From assembly GCA_951406725.2 (NCBI GenBank), contig OX597814.1, forward strand, positions 210,490,001 to 210,554,000: a DNA stretch of 64,000 bases, read 5' to 3'. The stretch comes from Octopus vulgaris. Taxonomy: Eukaryota. How positions within the stretch are numbered: the first letter of the stretch is position 1; the number at the start of each line of letters is the position of its first letter. A model generated the notes under the pieces. The model saw only the letters and a program-made list of their open reading frames with translations, was not told where the DNA came from and searched no databases. The position numbers and the translations under genes were made by a program. Of the stretch, positions 25,315 through 39,729 are shown in pieces.

Positions 25315-26518
25315 CACGTAGACATACGCTAAAACACACACATACAGATACACGCTTACATTCACACAAACACATACACGCACATGCATTCACACACATA
25401 AATATGCATTCACGTATCTCTGTTTATTTCTTTGCATTTCACTTGCATATAATATCGAAAGATTTAAATGGAAGCGAGGGAAACGATAAACCGCTACTGT
25501 TGACACAAAAATACATCTTTGTTCAGTTGTCTCCGACTTCCAGAAAAGTTACAATATCGCATACCATACAGTAATGCATAGAGTCATGACTCGCGGACAG
25601 ATACATATAACTAATAACGATACAGTACATAATATGCGATATAAATAAATAATGGCATCGACCACACATACGTACATATATATTTCAGATAGTTACTATA
25701 TATATATATATATATATAAATTCGTATATATATATATATATATAAATTCGTATATATATATTCGTATACATACATACAAACATACATATGTATATATATA
25801 CACGCATACGGTATATATGTTGGCGTTTGCTTGTCAGTATTTTAATTTCAATAGTGAATGTATAAATTGCATACTAAATTTTTTTTCCTTTATTTGTTAA
25901 TATTATCTCGAAAACTCATTTTCACTAAAATTCTGTGCACATGTAGATAACTCTCTTAAAAAAATTGTTAATTGGTCTTTTATATTGAATAGCTTCCTTG
26001 TTTTTTGTTATCGAAATTAATATATAAAAATATCAATCACACTTGGTTAATATCAGCATTTGCAACGATCAGTATGTAATCATTGAAAGAACTTTATAAA
26101 CATATGTAAAGAACTAAGAATACTTATTTAAGTATAATCCTTTGTTCATTCTTATCGTACTAAATTTTAAGGGAACCATCTGTTTCATATGACAAATATA
26201 CGAAAGAAATTCATCGATTATTTCAACAATAATAACAATGATGAATAAACATAAACGCAAACAACACATACGCTTGTTCCGTTGACTTCAAACGAAATAT
26301 TTTAAAAGAGGATAATATAGAAGCGAATATATATTTACACACAAAAAATATATACTCGAGAATGAATGTATACGTGTGTGTGTGTATGTGTGTGTTTGTG
26401 TTAGGAGAAGGGGGCGTTAGCATCTACGTGCCTATATTATTCCTGTGTGTATGCGTGTGCATACACAATATGTAGATTATATAAATATATGTGTGTATGC
26501 GCGTGTATATACCTACAT

Positions 26519-26564
<46 letters not shown>

Positions 26565-26991
26565 ATATATTATATGTGTGTGTATGTGAGTGTGTGTATG
26601 TATGTATATATATATATATATCATTTGGATATACTTAGACATAATAGAAATATTCGCTTCTGTCTATAAACAGACACGTATGTATATTATAACCTAAATA
26701 TATACAAGGAATTTCCGATTTCGGTAAAACGCCAGCATTTTAATCAGTTCGACCTTTGTGGTACGATATTGTACGGGTACGAGAGGGATAAAGGTTACAG
26801 TTGACTTACGATTCGATATTTAACTCGCCACTTAAGCAACAAAAAAAAAAAAAAAAAAAAAATAAACAACGGAATACCGCAAAGCATTTTCCTACGCTCT
26901 AAGCGTTCAAAATTTCCCCCTCTACCTCTCGCTATCACTCGCAGAAACTACGCGATGACATCCCAGCATCGGGACGTATATATATGTACAC

Positions 26992-27048
<57 letters not shown>

Positions 27049-27051
<3 letters not shown>

Positions 27052-27255
27052 CCAGTGCAGGTGGCACGTAAAAAGCACCCACTACACTCACGGAGTGGTT
27101 GGCGTTAGGAAGGGCATCCAGCTGTAGAAACATTTCCAGATAAGACCGGAGCCTGGTGCAGCCTTCTGGCTTCCCAGATCCCCGGTCGAACCGTCCAACC
27201 CATGCTAGCATGGAGAACGGATGTTAAACGATGATGATGATGATGATGATGATGT
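27049..27255 (+). mobile_element. SINE 3' half with RTE-type tail and (GAT)n end
   Basis: tggcgttaggaagggcatccagctgtagaaac...gaacggatgttaaacgatgatgatg. Confidence 0.75.
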
Positions 27256-27272
27256 ATATATATATATGTTAT

Positions 27273-27324
<52 letters not shown>

Positions 27325-27359
27325 GTGTTATCTAACTATCCATATCCATATACGTATAT

Positions 27360-27600
27360 GTCTCAAGAAAGGAATACGAAAAGCTTTCTCAGTCTAAAGA
27401 TCTGCAAATTGAAATCCCCAAAAAGTGGAAGCTTAGTACTATGATAATACCAGTAGTAATTGGTGCATCGGGAATGATAAAGAAGGGAGCTGAGAAGTGT
27501 ATTAAGCAACTCCCTCGTAATTCCAATCTCCGTTATCAACGAAAGATAACCTTGATGGGTTCATCCTATATATTACTAGGGAAAGCACTTTCCATCTAAA
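27360..27600 (+). mobile_element. R4/Dong-like restriction-like endonuclease C-terminal remnant
   Basis: KEYEKLSQSKDLQIEIPKKWKLSTMIIPVVIGASGMIKKG...QRKITLMGSSYIL. Confidence 0.75.
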
Positions 27601-27635
27601 ACACAACAAATGTAGTGATAATTTTAACATGCATA

Positions 27636-27995
27636 GATCGACACCAGTACACAACTGGTACTTAAATTATCGATCCTCAAAAGATGAAAGGCGATGTGAA
27701 TCTCGGCGGAATTTAAGTTCAGAACGTAGCGACGAGCGAAATACCTTTAAGTACTACTGTCTGCTTTCTAACGATTCGGCCAGCAAGGCCTGAAATCTTT
27801 TAGTTTTTTTGCGGGGTGGGGGCATTCGATTAGATCAACCAAATATGCAACTGGTACTTAATTTATTGACCCCCGAAAGGATGAAAGGCAAAGTCGACGT
27901 CGGCAGAATTTGAACTCAGAACATAAAGACAAGACAGACGAAATATTGCTTAGCATTTCGCCCGGCGTGCTAACGATATTGACAGCTCGCCACCT
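27636..27995 (-). mobile_element. SINE family B (Nin/Deu-domain-like), two tandem copies
   Basis: Reverse complement of 56223-56380 (GGCGAGCTG..CGTTAGCACGCCGGGCGAAATGC..GAGTTCAAATT..GCCTTTCATCCTTTCGGGGGTCAATAAA). A further degenerate copy lies at about 26710-26920. Confidence 0.85.
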
Positions 27996-28059
27996 TTACA
28001 AGTAACATAAATGCCAACACGACACTCGTGTACATACACAGAAAATAAAAAAATACACG

Positions 28060-28472
28060 CGCAGGGGTGGCTGTGTGGTAAGTAGCTTGTTTACCAGCCA
28101 CATGGTTCCGGGTTCAGTCCCACTGCGTGGCACCTTGGGTAAGTGTCTTCTACTATAGCCTCGGGCCGACCAAAGCCTTGTGAGTAGATTTGGTAGACGG
28201 AAACTGAAAGAAGCCCGTTGTATATATGTATATGTTTATATGCGTGTGTGTGTATGTGTGTCTGTGATTGTCCCCCTAGCATTGCTTGACAACCGATGGT
28301 GGTGTGTTTACGTCCCCGTAACATAGCGGTTCGGCAAAAGAGACCGATATAATAAGTACTGGGCTTACAAAAAAGAATAAGTCCCGGGGTCGAGCTGCTC
28401 GATTAAAGGCGGTGCTCCAGCATGGCCGCAGTCAAATGACTGAAACAAGTAAAAGAGTAAAAAGAGTAAAGA
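28060..28472 (+). mobile_element. tRNA-derived SINE family A, full length
   Basis: tRNA-like head, internal (TA)/(TG) tract, (AAAAGAGT)n tail. Confidence 0.92.
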
Positions 28473-30834
28473 GTTACAAAAACAAAGCGACTTCCTACGT
28501 GTGTAATGTGCATGCACGAGCTAAAACATTCATATTTATCAGTAGAAAAAAGGAAACGGTTAGCGCAGGCCGCCATATTTTTGTCTGTCAATTACAAATT
28601 GATGTAATGCATCGGTTCATGTGACTAAAAATCCAGAGTTTAGCTTGTAGAGTTTAACTTCCTATTCTCTAACTAGTAACACAGTTTGTCGAAACCTTTT
28701 GTGTATTCTGTTAGGGCTTGTGTTTCTGTTTATTAATGTTTTGTATCGAAATATCTTACAAAAATAACATCCTGCAAAATCACCTGATATGATATTTTCA
28801 GCGAGTAGTGAAGATTGCTCACTAGTGATAACAACGTTATATATATAACCTTGTGAGGATTACAGATCTACATTTCCCTCATCCGAAACAACTCTGTCTC
28901 AAAAATATACCAATAACTTGCTGAATGTGAAGCAATGGTAATTTTTATTTCTAACTTTCGATAAATATAGAATTAGCAAAAGACACGCAAAAATTGCATA
29001 TATCCCACGTTGATACTAGATATCTAAAATTTACATTCACAACGGTAAACAAACGAAATAGAAATTCTTAAACAAAAGAAAACGAAAGACGCGATGTGAG
29101 TGATATTGTGTAGTTGCAATGAGGTGAGCAACATGCAGGAAAAGTAGGAAGTTAGTAAATATATTTATAAACTAGCTATAGACACAAGCAAAAATACAAA
29201 TAAGAGTCTAATCACCGGAGAAAGACAGGATAAATCTACCAAGGAATGTAAAAATATATATGAAAAAAAAATTGTCAAAAGGAGGAGAGAAAGCAATAAC
29301 AATACAAGTTTTCTGTAATCTCTCAGAATACTAGAAACAAAAGCCAATTCTCAGGCAAACCTCAATAATATTCTATAAACAGATGCGCATATGCAACAAC
29401 ATTGATCTAGTTATGTCTCAAAAGATCTGACCGTTACTGCTAGAACATCTCGGGTCAATTATGCATTAGACCATAGTAGATATGTTGGAGAATGATAACA
29501 TATGATCAACAGCAAGGGAATGGATGCCTGTGCTATTAACAAAACCACCATTGCCCCTCTCCTTCGACTACCGATAACAATAACAGCAATAATAAATTTT
29601 AAAATAGTTGGAACAATATTGTTGTAGTTGGAACAATATATTCAAAAAGCAGTTCTACTCTATTGAAGCAGCCACAGCTGGTGTCCAAGTTACATGTAGA
29701 ACTTGGACACTAGCGGTAGCCGCTTAAATGTTAGATTTTGTTTGTTAATGAAACTAATGCGAAATTATTGCTGCGATTTTCAACTTCACTAAAAGATATA
29801 ACGGATGTAGAGAATAAAGACAAAAACATAAGGTGAGGTACATTTCGAAGTTTCTTCTCTGGTACGTCAGCAAATTCGTTCGGAAGCATCAGATATATTT
29901 AGACATTTACTTTTCTTTATTAAACAAAAATATCGGAAGTTGACACAATATCGCACATCGAAAACAATATTTATTTCTGAGACAGACACGAGGACACCAA
30001 GATTGAGAGATCTTTCAAAAGACTTTAGCCGATCGAATCGACTCATTATGAGATTGATTTCAATTCAGGAATTAAAACGCTGGGAGAAATGGTACAAAAT
30101 TTGTATCTGATGCTTCTACAATTGTGCTTATTGAGTTCCCTTATTTGCATACATACACAAACATATTCAGAATTACTTTAGACGCCACACAAATACATGA
30201 ACATTCGCACACACATATTAACACACAGACTCATGAACATGCACGTACACACATACACACACATACACACACATATATATATATATATTCATACATACAT
30301 ACATCTATAAATATATACCAAATTCTAATATAGATATAGTGCAATAACAAATTAGGTCATTCTGTGACTATGAATAGAATTTTTGTATACTTCAAAACAT
30401 AGGTCACTTCTGCGGTCACATAAAAATAATTTTGTGGATCTCATTAAATTTCTGTAGTGATGCGAGTCGGAAATTTTCAAGTATATTCTTTCTTCAACAG
30501 ACTCATTAGCGGGAAATAATTTCTTCTGAGGTTAAGCTGGGATACGAGAAAACAAACGTTTTGGTAAAATGTAGGAATTTCTTTTCATTTCGAAAGAAAG
30601 CAGTCAGTGGGCATCGGAGACTTGGGCTTTAGGGGATAAAAAAGATGATTACATTGCAGAAATAGCACAGAATTTTTCATAAACAGAATAGATGAAATCT
30701 AAGCAAGCTATTGCCAAATATTACTGCCCTCTCCTTCTCTTCTGTGTACATGTGCTTACAGTATATACACAATATGTGTACATATGTATGTGTCTACATG
30801 TATATGTGTGTGTGAGTGTGTATGTTTAAGAATA

Positions 30835-30884
<50 letters not shown>

Positions 30885-31410
30885 AAAACTGGCATACACA
30901 CATATGTGCATACCAACTTGCATGAAACATTTATTAGAATATATAGAGTTATTTTCACCAGTTTTTAAAACTAAATATTCACAAATGCTCATTTACACAA
31001 GCTTATAAATATACACAAATACTCTTTTTGCAAGTGGTTAAGTGAAATATATTATAGGGGCATATAGGTCACAAATGTTATATAGAAAGCGTGGTTTCAC
31101 ATTAAACTTTACTGTGAAGAATTTAAAGGGTTCTCACAAACGCCCACTATATCAAATTACTCTTAATATTTCTTTTCAACCGAGTTGCTAAAGCTTTCAT
31201 AAATATATTAGAAAATGTATTTTTTATTTTTTGTGGTTGAGTGTATGTTTTAAAATCTTGTATATAATGTTTATAAATTACAACTCCCTAATGAAACACA
31301 TTAAATTCACTATAAATACTTAAATATAACGAAGTGTATAAAACTCATGCTGCTTCTCAAATTCTATATTTCAATTAAAGACTGATAAATTGATGTTATC
31401 AGTTAAAATG

Positions 31411-31443
<33 letters not shown>

Positions 31444-32875
31444 TGTGTGTGTATGTGTGTGTATTATCATGCGTGTGAACTAATAAGTTAAACTATGGAC
31501 GCATGTAACAATTTCATTTAAAATTTAGTTTTTTCCAATCAAAATTGTAAGTCACTGTGTCAAAAATATTGAGCAGCGAAAATTTGTTTTATTGATAACC
31601 CTTTAACCTAAAAGATAATCTGGGCTGTGTCATGCTATAAACGCTAGGGAATTGTAGAAAATGACTCCTTGGATCGTGTTATCCACCAAATTTGTCTCTC
31701 ATTGATCAAACTTCGAGAAAAACTATGTAATAATTTCAAGTTCCATCGATTCAAACCTACTTGCGCGGATTTCTCTCTATTTGTTTTTAATCTAAGGAGC
31801 AAATGATAATTATGTCATACACCTATGAAGATTTCTTTTCTTTCATATTTGTTTCTTATGGAATATAACTATTGGAATATTGCATTATCATAACAAAGCA
31901 ACATGGAGTGAAACCCTATATGTATCAAGATTATATCATAATATATACTATTGTCCTAGTTCGATCATAATCTAACGGCATTTCATCAAGATAGTGATAT
32001 TAGTTTCTTATAGGTTACGTTTCATAACAATTCATTGCATATATTCTACGAAGTTCATATGTAAACCAATGTCCAATGCCTTAAAAAAATAAAATGAATT
32101 ATTGGTTGAGTGCATAGAAAAGTCGAGTACCAAGGGGGATATTAATGCTTCTAAAAAGAGATTTTTCTACATAAGAGTGGAATAGTCATTCATATAGATA
32201 TTAAAATAATCGGTCCTTGTAATTCTGACAATGATAAGGGAATATTGGTAGATTTGCACACTAAATGTGCGTCTTCATATTATTTCATGTATTGTCGGTT
32301 AATAAGAATTTACATAGGTTAGAGGGACTGTATGATAAGAAGCTCAAGGTTTTGACCAGTTGCAATAATTCTGTCCTTACTCTCCTTACTATCATTATGC
32401 ATGTTATAATTTTTATTTATATCTTTGTTTAAAGATCATTATCATGAAATTTCATTTTTTCTTATTTTAGATTTTTTTAAAAGAAAATAGCGTTATAAAT
32501 TCCGTTAAATTTTATCCAGAATTCATTTTGGTGAATAGATTTGGAGTCGTAACCTTATCATATCTGTCCATTAAAATTATTACGTTATCCGTTCAATCGT
32601 ACTATAACAATGCCCTCAGATTTAAATAGATAACATATACTTTTAACAGTTTCATTTCGTTTATCTCAAAATTCATATCGTGCTCTAAATATCAAAATAC
32701 CTCATTATTCCTGCTATATGGTAGCTCATGATTTCTCCTACGTGATAAAATCGAAACATTTTCCTTCATTTTCCTTCATCTACAATTGCATATAGTTAAG
32801 CTACATTGTATCACGAAAAAATAGAATAAGAGACGAAACCATGAAATAATCTGGCAAAGCACTTTTTGGAATTAC

Positions 32876-32931
<56 letters not shown>

Positions 32932-34132
32932 TTAAATAAAGAATCTCAATCTGATGTTAATACTTAACTTATTGAATCATTTATATTTTAATTCTGTGCA
33001 TGCATCTAACTTTTTAATCTAGAAATCCATATAATAATACCCTCATTTCAATAATTTATTGCATTTTCACATATTTTCCAAATGTGACATATGTAACTTT
33101 TCTTCTACTGTTTGTAGTATGAGATAAAAAAAAGTTGGCTGTGGAAGTTTAAATGCCAACTATTATTCGTCAGCGTTTACTGATTCAATAACCATTACAT
33201 TGGTCATAAAATATATTTATTTGACTTCAGTTCCGCTTTCAAATAATGTTTGATGGAATTATACTGAAGGTTTCGATATGTCTCAGATAGATAATATCAA
33301 TATGTTTCTTTTCTAATTCAAAGTGCAATTCGAAAGATGTTTGGATAGAGAACGTAGATATATATTTATTTGTATGATATTCGAAGAAATTTAGCGTGTT
33401 ATTGATTTTTAAAGCCAATATATTATCTTAGAGTATTCGATCTCGCGAAGCAATTTCCCAATCTAAACTCTTCCAATTATATCTTATTGCATTTAATGTT
33501 TAAAAATAAAAACAAACACTGAATGAAAATATGAAGAATAAACGTATTATTATGCAATATTTAGAATCGGTGGAGGGAGGGAACAAATATAATTCTCATA
33601 TTTCTAAGGAAATTAATTCTGCATAATCAATATAAATATATCATCAATGTATACCAGAAATAAATATATACGTTCAAGTATACATATGAATGTATGCGCC
33701 TGTGTGGTTGGGTGTGTGTGTTTGTGCGCGTGTTGAGTACGTTGCATAACTAACAATTCTTTGTGAAAACATTGATCTTTACGTAAAACTACTTAATACG
33801 GACGTGAAGTTAAACCAGCTAAAGAGATTATTACCGTTTCGTTTTCTCTGTAACTGACTTCAACTAACTTGTCTGCGAGTAAACGAATGTTACGCTATTA
33901 AATATCAATTCATGAGTGTGGGCCTGTATAAATATACGATTTTCAAAGCATACTTTAAAACGGATACTTGTTTTGATTTCATTAACATTATATTTTGTGA
34001 TGTCTCTACGTGTATAAAGCAGATTTCCATTTCTGTCATATCTGTCCTCAATAAATCGCTTTTAGTAATGCGTTATTATTCATGCTACATAGAAATCCAT
34101 CTTCATATAATATCCATTCTGAATGTATAACA

Positions 34133-34174
<42 letters not shown>

Positions 34175-35497
34175 TGTATAAAGGAAACAGAAAATGGAGA
34201 AATATTGATGAACAAAAATTGACTTACATCAATTATTATTTATTAATTCAATACAAATAGACTGCACCCCATCAAACAACTGTTTCTGCTTCCAATGTTG
34301 TATGGTATTGCCATTGATATGCTAAAAACATTTATCATATAAGGTAATATTACTGATCTGGAACATGGAGCTTCATCAGAGTGAAGAATAAATAAAAAGG
34401 TAGAGCTTACAGAAGAAAAAGGAAGAATTAAATATGCTTGTAATCATACCATTTTGCTTGTGTATCTCTTTGAGACGTTAAATAAGTGACTACACTGAAA
34501 ATAGTATTTGGTGGATGAATCCTTCGTACGGGGTGGGGTAGGATGGATAAATAAAAAAATAAAAACACTAGTAGTGGGACACGCCAATAAGTATCATTCG
34601 GGGAAGGAGTGAAGATATAATAACGCTTTAGATTAATCATAATTTATAATAATTATGTTTATAGTACTAATTAATAGTATTTATCATAATACAGAGCTAA
34701 TCAATTAAATTTAATTTTCTTATTTATTTACTAGAGGTGGTTATGCCCTTCCACCAGCTGTCCGAAGTTAGATAGGCCAAGGACCAACCTTCGATATAAC
34801 TGGTCAATTGAAATTTTAAAACAAAGACCAGCTATTGAGACGGTTATGCGAGGGACGATTAGTAAATAAATGAATGGGGAAATGGTGTATTTTGTAAGGG
34901 GTCCTCATGGCTTAGGACAGTATATACTAGATTGAAAAATAGATATTATGGAAAAGTATTAAAAGCGAAACGTATTCGGACATTTAGGAAGTAAGACTGT
35001 TGGTGGTGAAAATGTGTTTTTTTAAGAGTAAGGTGAAATTAGTAACAATGAAAGGAATTTATTTCGTAGGAAGATTAGGGGAATATTTATGGTTAAGGGG
35101 AGGTAATAACTAGGGTAAGTGGCCTAAATTAAAGACTGCTGCTCTGCCATCCTGTGCACCTTGTCAGTGAGCCGACTATCCTAACAGACAGCTAATTCGC
35201 CAAACAATCTATAAATCAGTCTGCCTAGTGGCCAATTAAATAAGTAAAGGTAAATATCCCTAATTAAATTGTGAATATAATTTATAATTAAGAATTAAAT
35301 CTTGAAATACCTGGGTGTTAATTTTATAGATGCAGGCCCTTACAACAATTTGCTCATGCTTTCATTCACACACAAAAAAAATCATCACAAGATGAATATG
35401 GCTATGAATCAACGGTTTTTATTGACCAAAATTAGCATGATTCTTCTGTTCTATTATCATTGAATGTGAAGAAGACATTTGGATAGGATTGAAATAT

Positions 35498-35663
35498 AGG
35501 CGCAGGAGTGGCTGTGTGGTAAGTAGCTTGCCAACCAACCACATGGTTCCGGGTTCAGTCCCACTGCGTGGCACCTTGGGCAGGTGTATTCCGCTACAGC
35601 CCCGGGCCGACCAATGCCTTGTGAGTGGATTTGGTAGACGGAAACTGAAAGAAGCCTGTCGTA

Positions 35664-35728
<65 letters not shown>

Positions 35729-35930
35729 TTGTATGTCTGTGTTTGTCCCCCTAGCATTGCTTGACAACCGATGCTGGTGTGTTTACGTCCCCGTCACTTA
35801 GCGGTTCGGCAAAAGAGACCGATAGAATAAGTACGGGCTTACAAAGAATAAGTCCCGGGGTTGATTTGCTCGACTAAAGGCGGTGCTCCAGCATGGCCGC
35901 AGTCGAAATGACTGAAATAAGTAAAAGAAA
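35498..35930 (+). mobile_element. tRNA-derived SINE family A, full length
   Basis: GGCGCAGGAGTGGCTGTGTGGTAAGTAGCTTG...GGTTCAGTCCCACTGCGTGGCACCTTGGGCA..., internal (TA)n, ends ATGACTGAAATAAGTAAAAGA. Confidence 0.92.
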
Positions 35931-38049
35931 GAAAAAAATACGTAATCATGTGCGAAGTTTACACTAAGGTACATTCCCCGTTGTCAGCCAAAGCGAGAAA
36001 AGTATTCATGTGAAGTTTTGTTGGTTTACTCTGTCTTAATCAATCGTCCTTGAAAGGTTAAACCAGATATACTTGTGAATAAGAATTAACAAGTCAAATA
36101 CATCCAAGGTTTGGAAAGTATTTTCATTGAATATTTTTTCTATCTCCAACTGCAACTGGTAAAGTATCTCGAAAGAAGAAACATTAACTACCTGTATGTA
36201 TGTGGTTTTATTTGTGAGTGTGCATGTGCATGTGTTAATAAAAAAAAAAAAAAACTTGATGTGCAAATTGTGTGTATGTAATTACTGGAGCGATGTCCCT
36301 CTGTGGTTTTGACTAATTTTCAGATCAGCGCTGATTATTCATGTGTAAGCATGATAACTTCGCTTTTCTTTTTCTGTTCTACACTTTTGCGCCCTGCATC
36401 TGTTTGCTTGAAATTTAACTCTATGCAAATTGCGGGGAATTTTTGCATAATAGAATATTTGACTGAAAAACAAACGGAAAATAATAAACAGATGTGTACG
36501 AGGCCCAATTCAGAAATATTTGATAGGCTGTGAATTAATTATCGCAATGTTTTGCTTTTATTTCTGTTTATCATACAATAATTACTGTTGGGAATTACTA
36601 TTTAATGGCCTTTGCATAATGAGTTTATTACACATCACCTCCAATTGATGGTGTACTGAAGCTTACCTAACCGATGTTGCAAGTGAGACTGAACCTTCAT
36701 TTTATTTCGTGACATCTGTTTAGCTCGTCAAGTCACAAATAATACATAAGCAAATTTCCAAGCAAATTTCACACGACCTACCTGGTAGCTAGTAGCCTAA
36801 GTTCTTTTTTATTAGATTATTATAAAAGTGACGTTTTTGGTGATTATAATTTTCCACAAGTATGTTTATAGAATGTAATTTCCAAGTGTAAACTGAATTA
36901 CGATAAATAATAATATTTTGAAAATGTTTGAACCAGTTTCCCATTCTATTTTACTTTTGTTATTCTGATCAAAATACATTGTCAATAACAGAAGATCAAC
37001 GTCTTGCATATCTGATCATGTCCACTCTCTAGAAATCATAGTTCGGTTAAGGTAATCTTTTTTTTTTTATAGATTGGAGATTATTTCCAGAGCAATTTAT
37101 GATTATTTTTCAATAACATGATTCATTTATATTTGCAAGAAATTGAGTTAAATCTGGCACGGATTCAGTTCTTACTTTATGCGCTTTAAGCTATTCATTT
37201 TTCGGAAATCTCACAGGGCACCAGAAAGGCTACCGTTCTCTACGTAATTTTGCTACCACAAGTAATTTCCTGAAGTTTGTGTGCATTACTACGTGATTAC
37301 ATTTCTTAACACTACACTGTCATCATTGTACCAGCTTAATGCAGGTTGTTTGTCTTTTTCGATAAAAAATTATAATAGTTTCCTAATACACAATTGTTAA
37401 ACATTGCTAGATTATTAGTACTTGGGCATATATAAGATTCATCTGCATATCAGTTTTGATAAACGGAAGGAGACTACATGCAGGAGTACAATATATATAT
37501 GGATACATTTCAACTATAATATATTTTGTGGCATATATCACAATAATTACTGCTGGTTTCAATTTTCGCATTAATTATGGAAATGGATAGTTGTGTTTGT
37601 ATGAGGTAAGGCCAATACAGAGGCTGTGTGTACACGGAATAGAGAAGGGCTAAATATAGATCCACATACATATTTTAACAAGGAAATACTACTTAAATTT
37701 AATTATAAATTTTGATCGGGTGTTGAAATATACGGGATATCACATGTTTGTAAAGACCCATACTTAAGGAAGAATTTTTAAAGGAAAAAATGAAAGTATG
37801 AATTTGGTGTTTATGAATACTGCAATAACTTTCACAGCATAATAAAAAAAAACATTTCAGAGAATGTTACCCGTTACAAGTTCAATATTCGTACTTTTAT
37901 TGAATCCAACGTGATTTCGAACCTTTCTTTGAATGATATTCTCTTTAAGATAATTGGTAACAATGACGTTCCGCCGTTCCACTAAAGTTGTGTAATACTG
38001 AATAAAATCTTGTTTCAATATTCAAATATTAATTCCTCTACGTCATAAA

Positions 38050-38230
38050 TGAAGGGCGGCTGAAAGGTTTATAGGCTTTCTTAGACACTCTCGAGGAATG
38101 TGACCAAATAAAGCCTATTTTTCAACACCATCCCCTTGCCCTACACATATTTACTTCAATGCAGTGCTTGGTTCAACTGGTTAATACGCTTTCATCCTGT
38201 CGGTCAAAAACATCATGAAAGCTGTATGAA
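38050..38230. mobile_element. Possible mariner terminal remnant
   Basis: gaagggcggctgaaaggtttataggctt...tatttttcaaca..tcccct resembles mariner TIR and subterminal sequence from memory only. Confidence 0.35.
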
Positions 38231-38805
38231 AACATCTATGAATTTAATTTTAGAAAAACTTAGAGGATATGGTAATTTTGAGGTCTAAATAATCCTAAAT
38301 ATATCTACTGTGTGTATATCACAGTCGTAGTATATGTCCAAACCATCGTCACGGTCAACTATGTAAATCTGGCTCTTATGTTTATCTTTTAAATTAACAA
38401 ACCAAAGTACGACAATGTAGCTAATTACCCAGTGTTGCAGTAGTATCTGTAATTCTGAACTATACTGACGTATCAGCAATTTAACTTCGTTTAGCGATGA
38501 ATCTAACCTAATTTTTAATATTATTGCATATATACCTATGTCAGCTTCGTTACATTTAGCAGAACTGGTGTCGTGCAAAATTTGATCATATAAATTATTA
38601 CTGACTTTATACATATTTTTAGTTTCATTAGAGAATACGAATTAGTATTGAGAGCCTTTAAAATTTATAACGTCAAATTTCACTTACGCTTGAAAATTGT
38701 TATAGTACATAAAGGAATATTATATTAGTTACCAAATCAAGGAGGTCTGCTTTAAGATTGGCTAGATCCGTACATTCTCTCACTTTCTCTCTCTGTCTGT
38801 CCCTG

Positions 38806-38896
<91 letters not shown>

Positions 38897-39157
38897 ATGG
38901 AGACAAACGTTCAATCTGCTACTTAGATCATTTACGGTGATATAAATAATTTCAGTAAAGCCTTAAGCTTTTGTCTCTATTTTCAATTATTCTTCTGTTC
39001 TCCAAACCTCGTCTCACTTCTCTCGGGAATTAACTCCCATGCAAATGTGCTCAGTAATTCCTAGGACGCTTATGTGACATTTGGGTACCTTGTAATTGTT
39101 CATCTGGGTCTTGATCTTTCCTATAAATTGAACATTCATATATATATATATATAAGC

Positions 39158-39600
39158 CTGAATGACAGCATTTCGAATATTGATCAATTCTCTAAATATA
39201 AGATTGTTACTATTGTATCCTTCTTGTTGCAGTCTTAATAAGGATTCATCATATGGTCGAACTGAGCGTCAACGGAAGTCCAAGAGAAAGAACAACGATT
39301 GGGAAGCTGAAATATACAATGCCCAATGTACAAAGATATGCTCAAACGTAAATTGAAGTGTTAACGATATCAGCAGAAACATTTAAAGAAATCCGTATTG
39401 AATTGTAACTTGAGAGGCTAAGATGCTACAAAGCCATAAAGCACTATGCATTTGGACTTCCGAATCATCTTCAAATCTAAGACAAAAGCAAATTAACAAA
39501 CCAGCCGCTCTGTATCAGTATCCTCTTTGTTGTCCAGCTTGTTTTCTTCTTTGTAAATCGTTGTCTGGTTTAGAGTGCCATAAGAGACGTAAACAAGGGA
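39158..39600 (+). mobile_element. Highly decayed RTE-like 3' remnant with C2H2 finger
   Basis: CPACFLLCKSLSGLECHKRRK has the same finger style as 5552-5820. Confidence 0.4.
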
Positions 39601-39673
39601 ACTTAGAAAATAAGTGTTCTTACTTATCCATTCGTCGGGATCGACCGGATAATCCATTAATATGAGTGGTTTG

Positions 39674-39729
<56 letters not shown>

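Noticed and set aside
31500-33700. Long stretch nearly free of microsatellites, checked for coding potential
   Set aside because: No ORF of 60 aa or more in the track and no motif found in the parts translated by eye.
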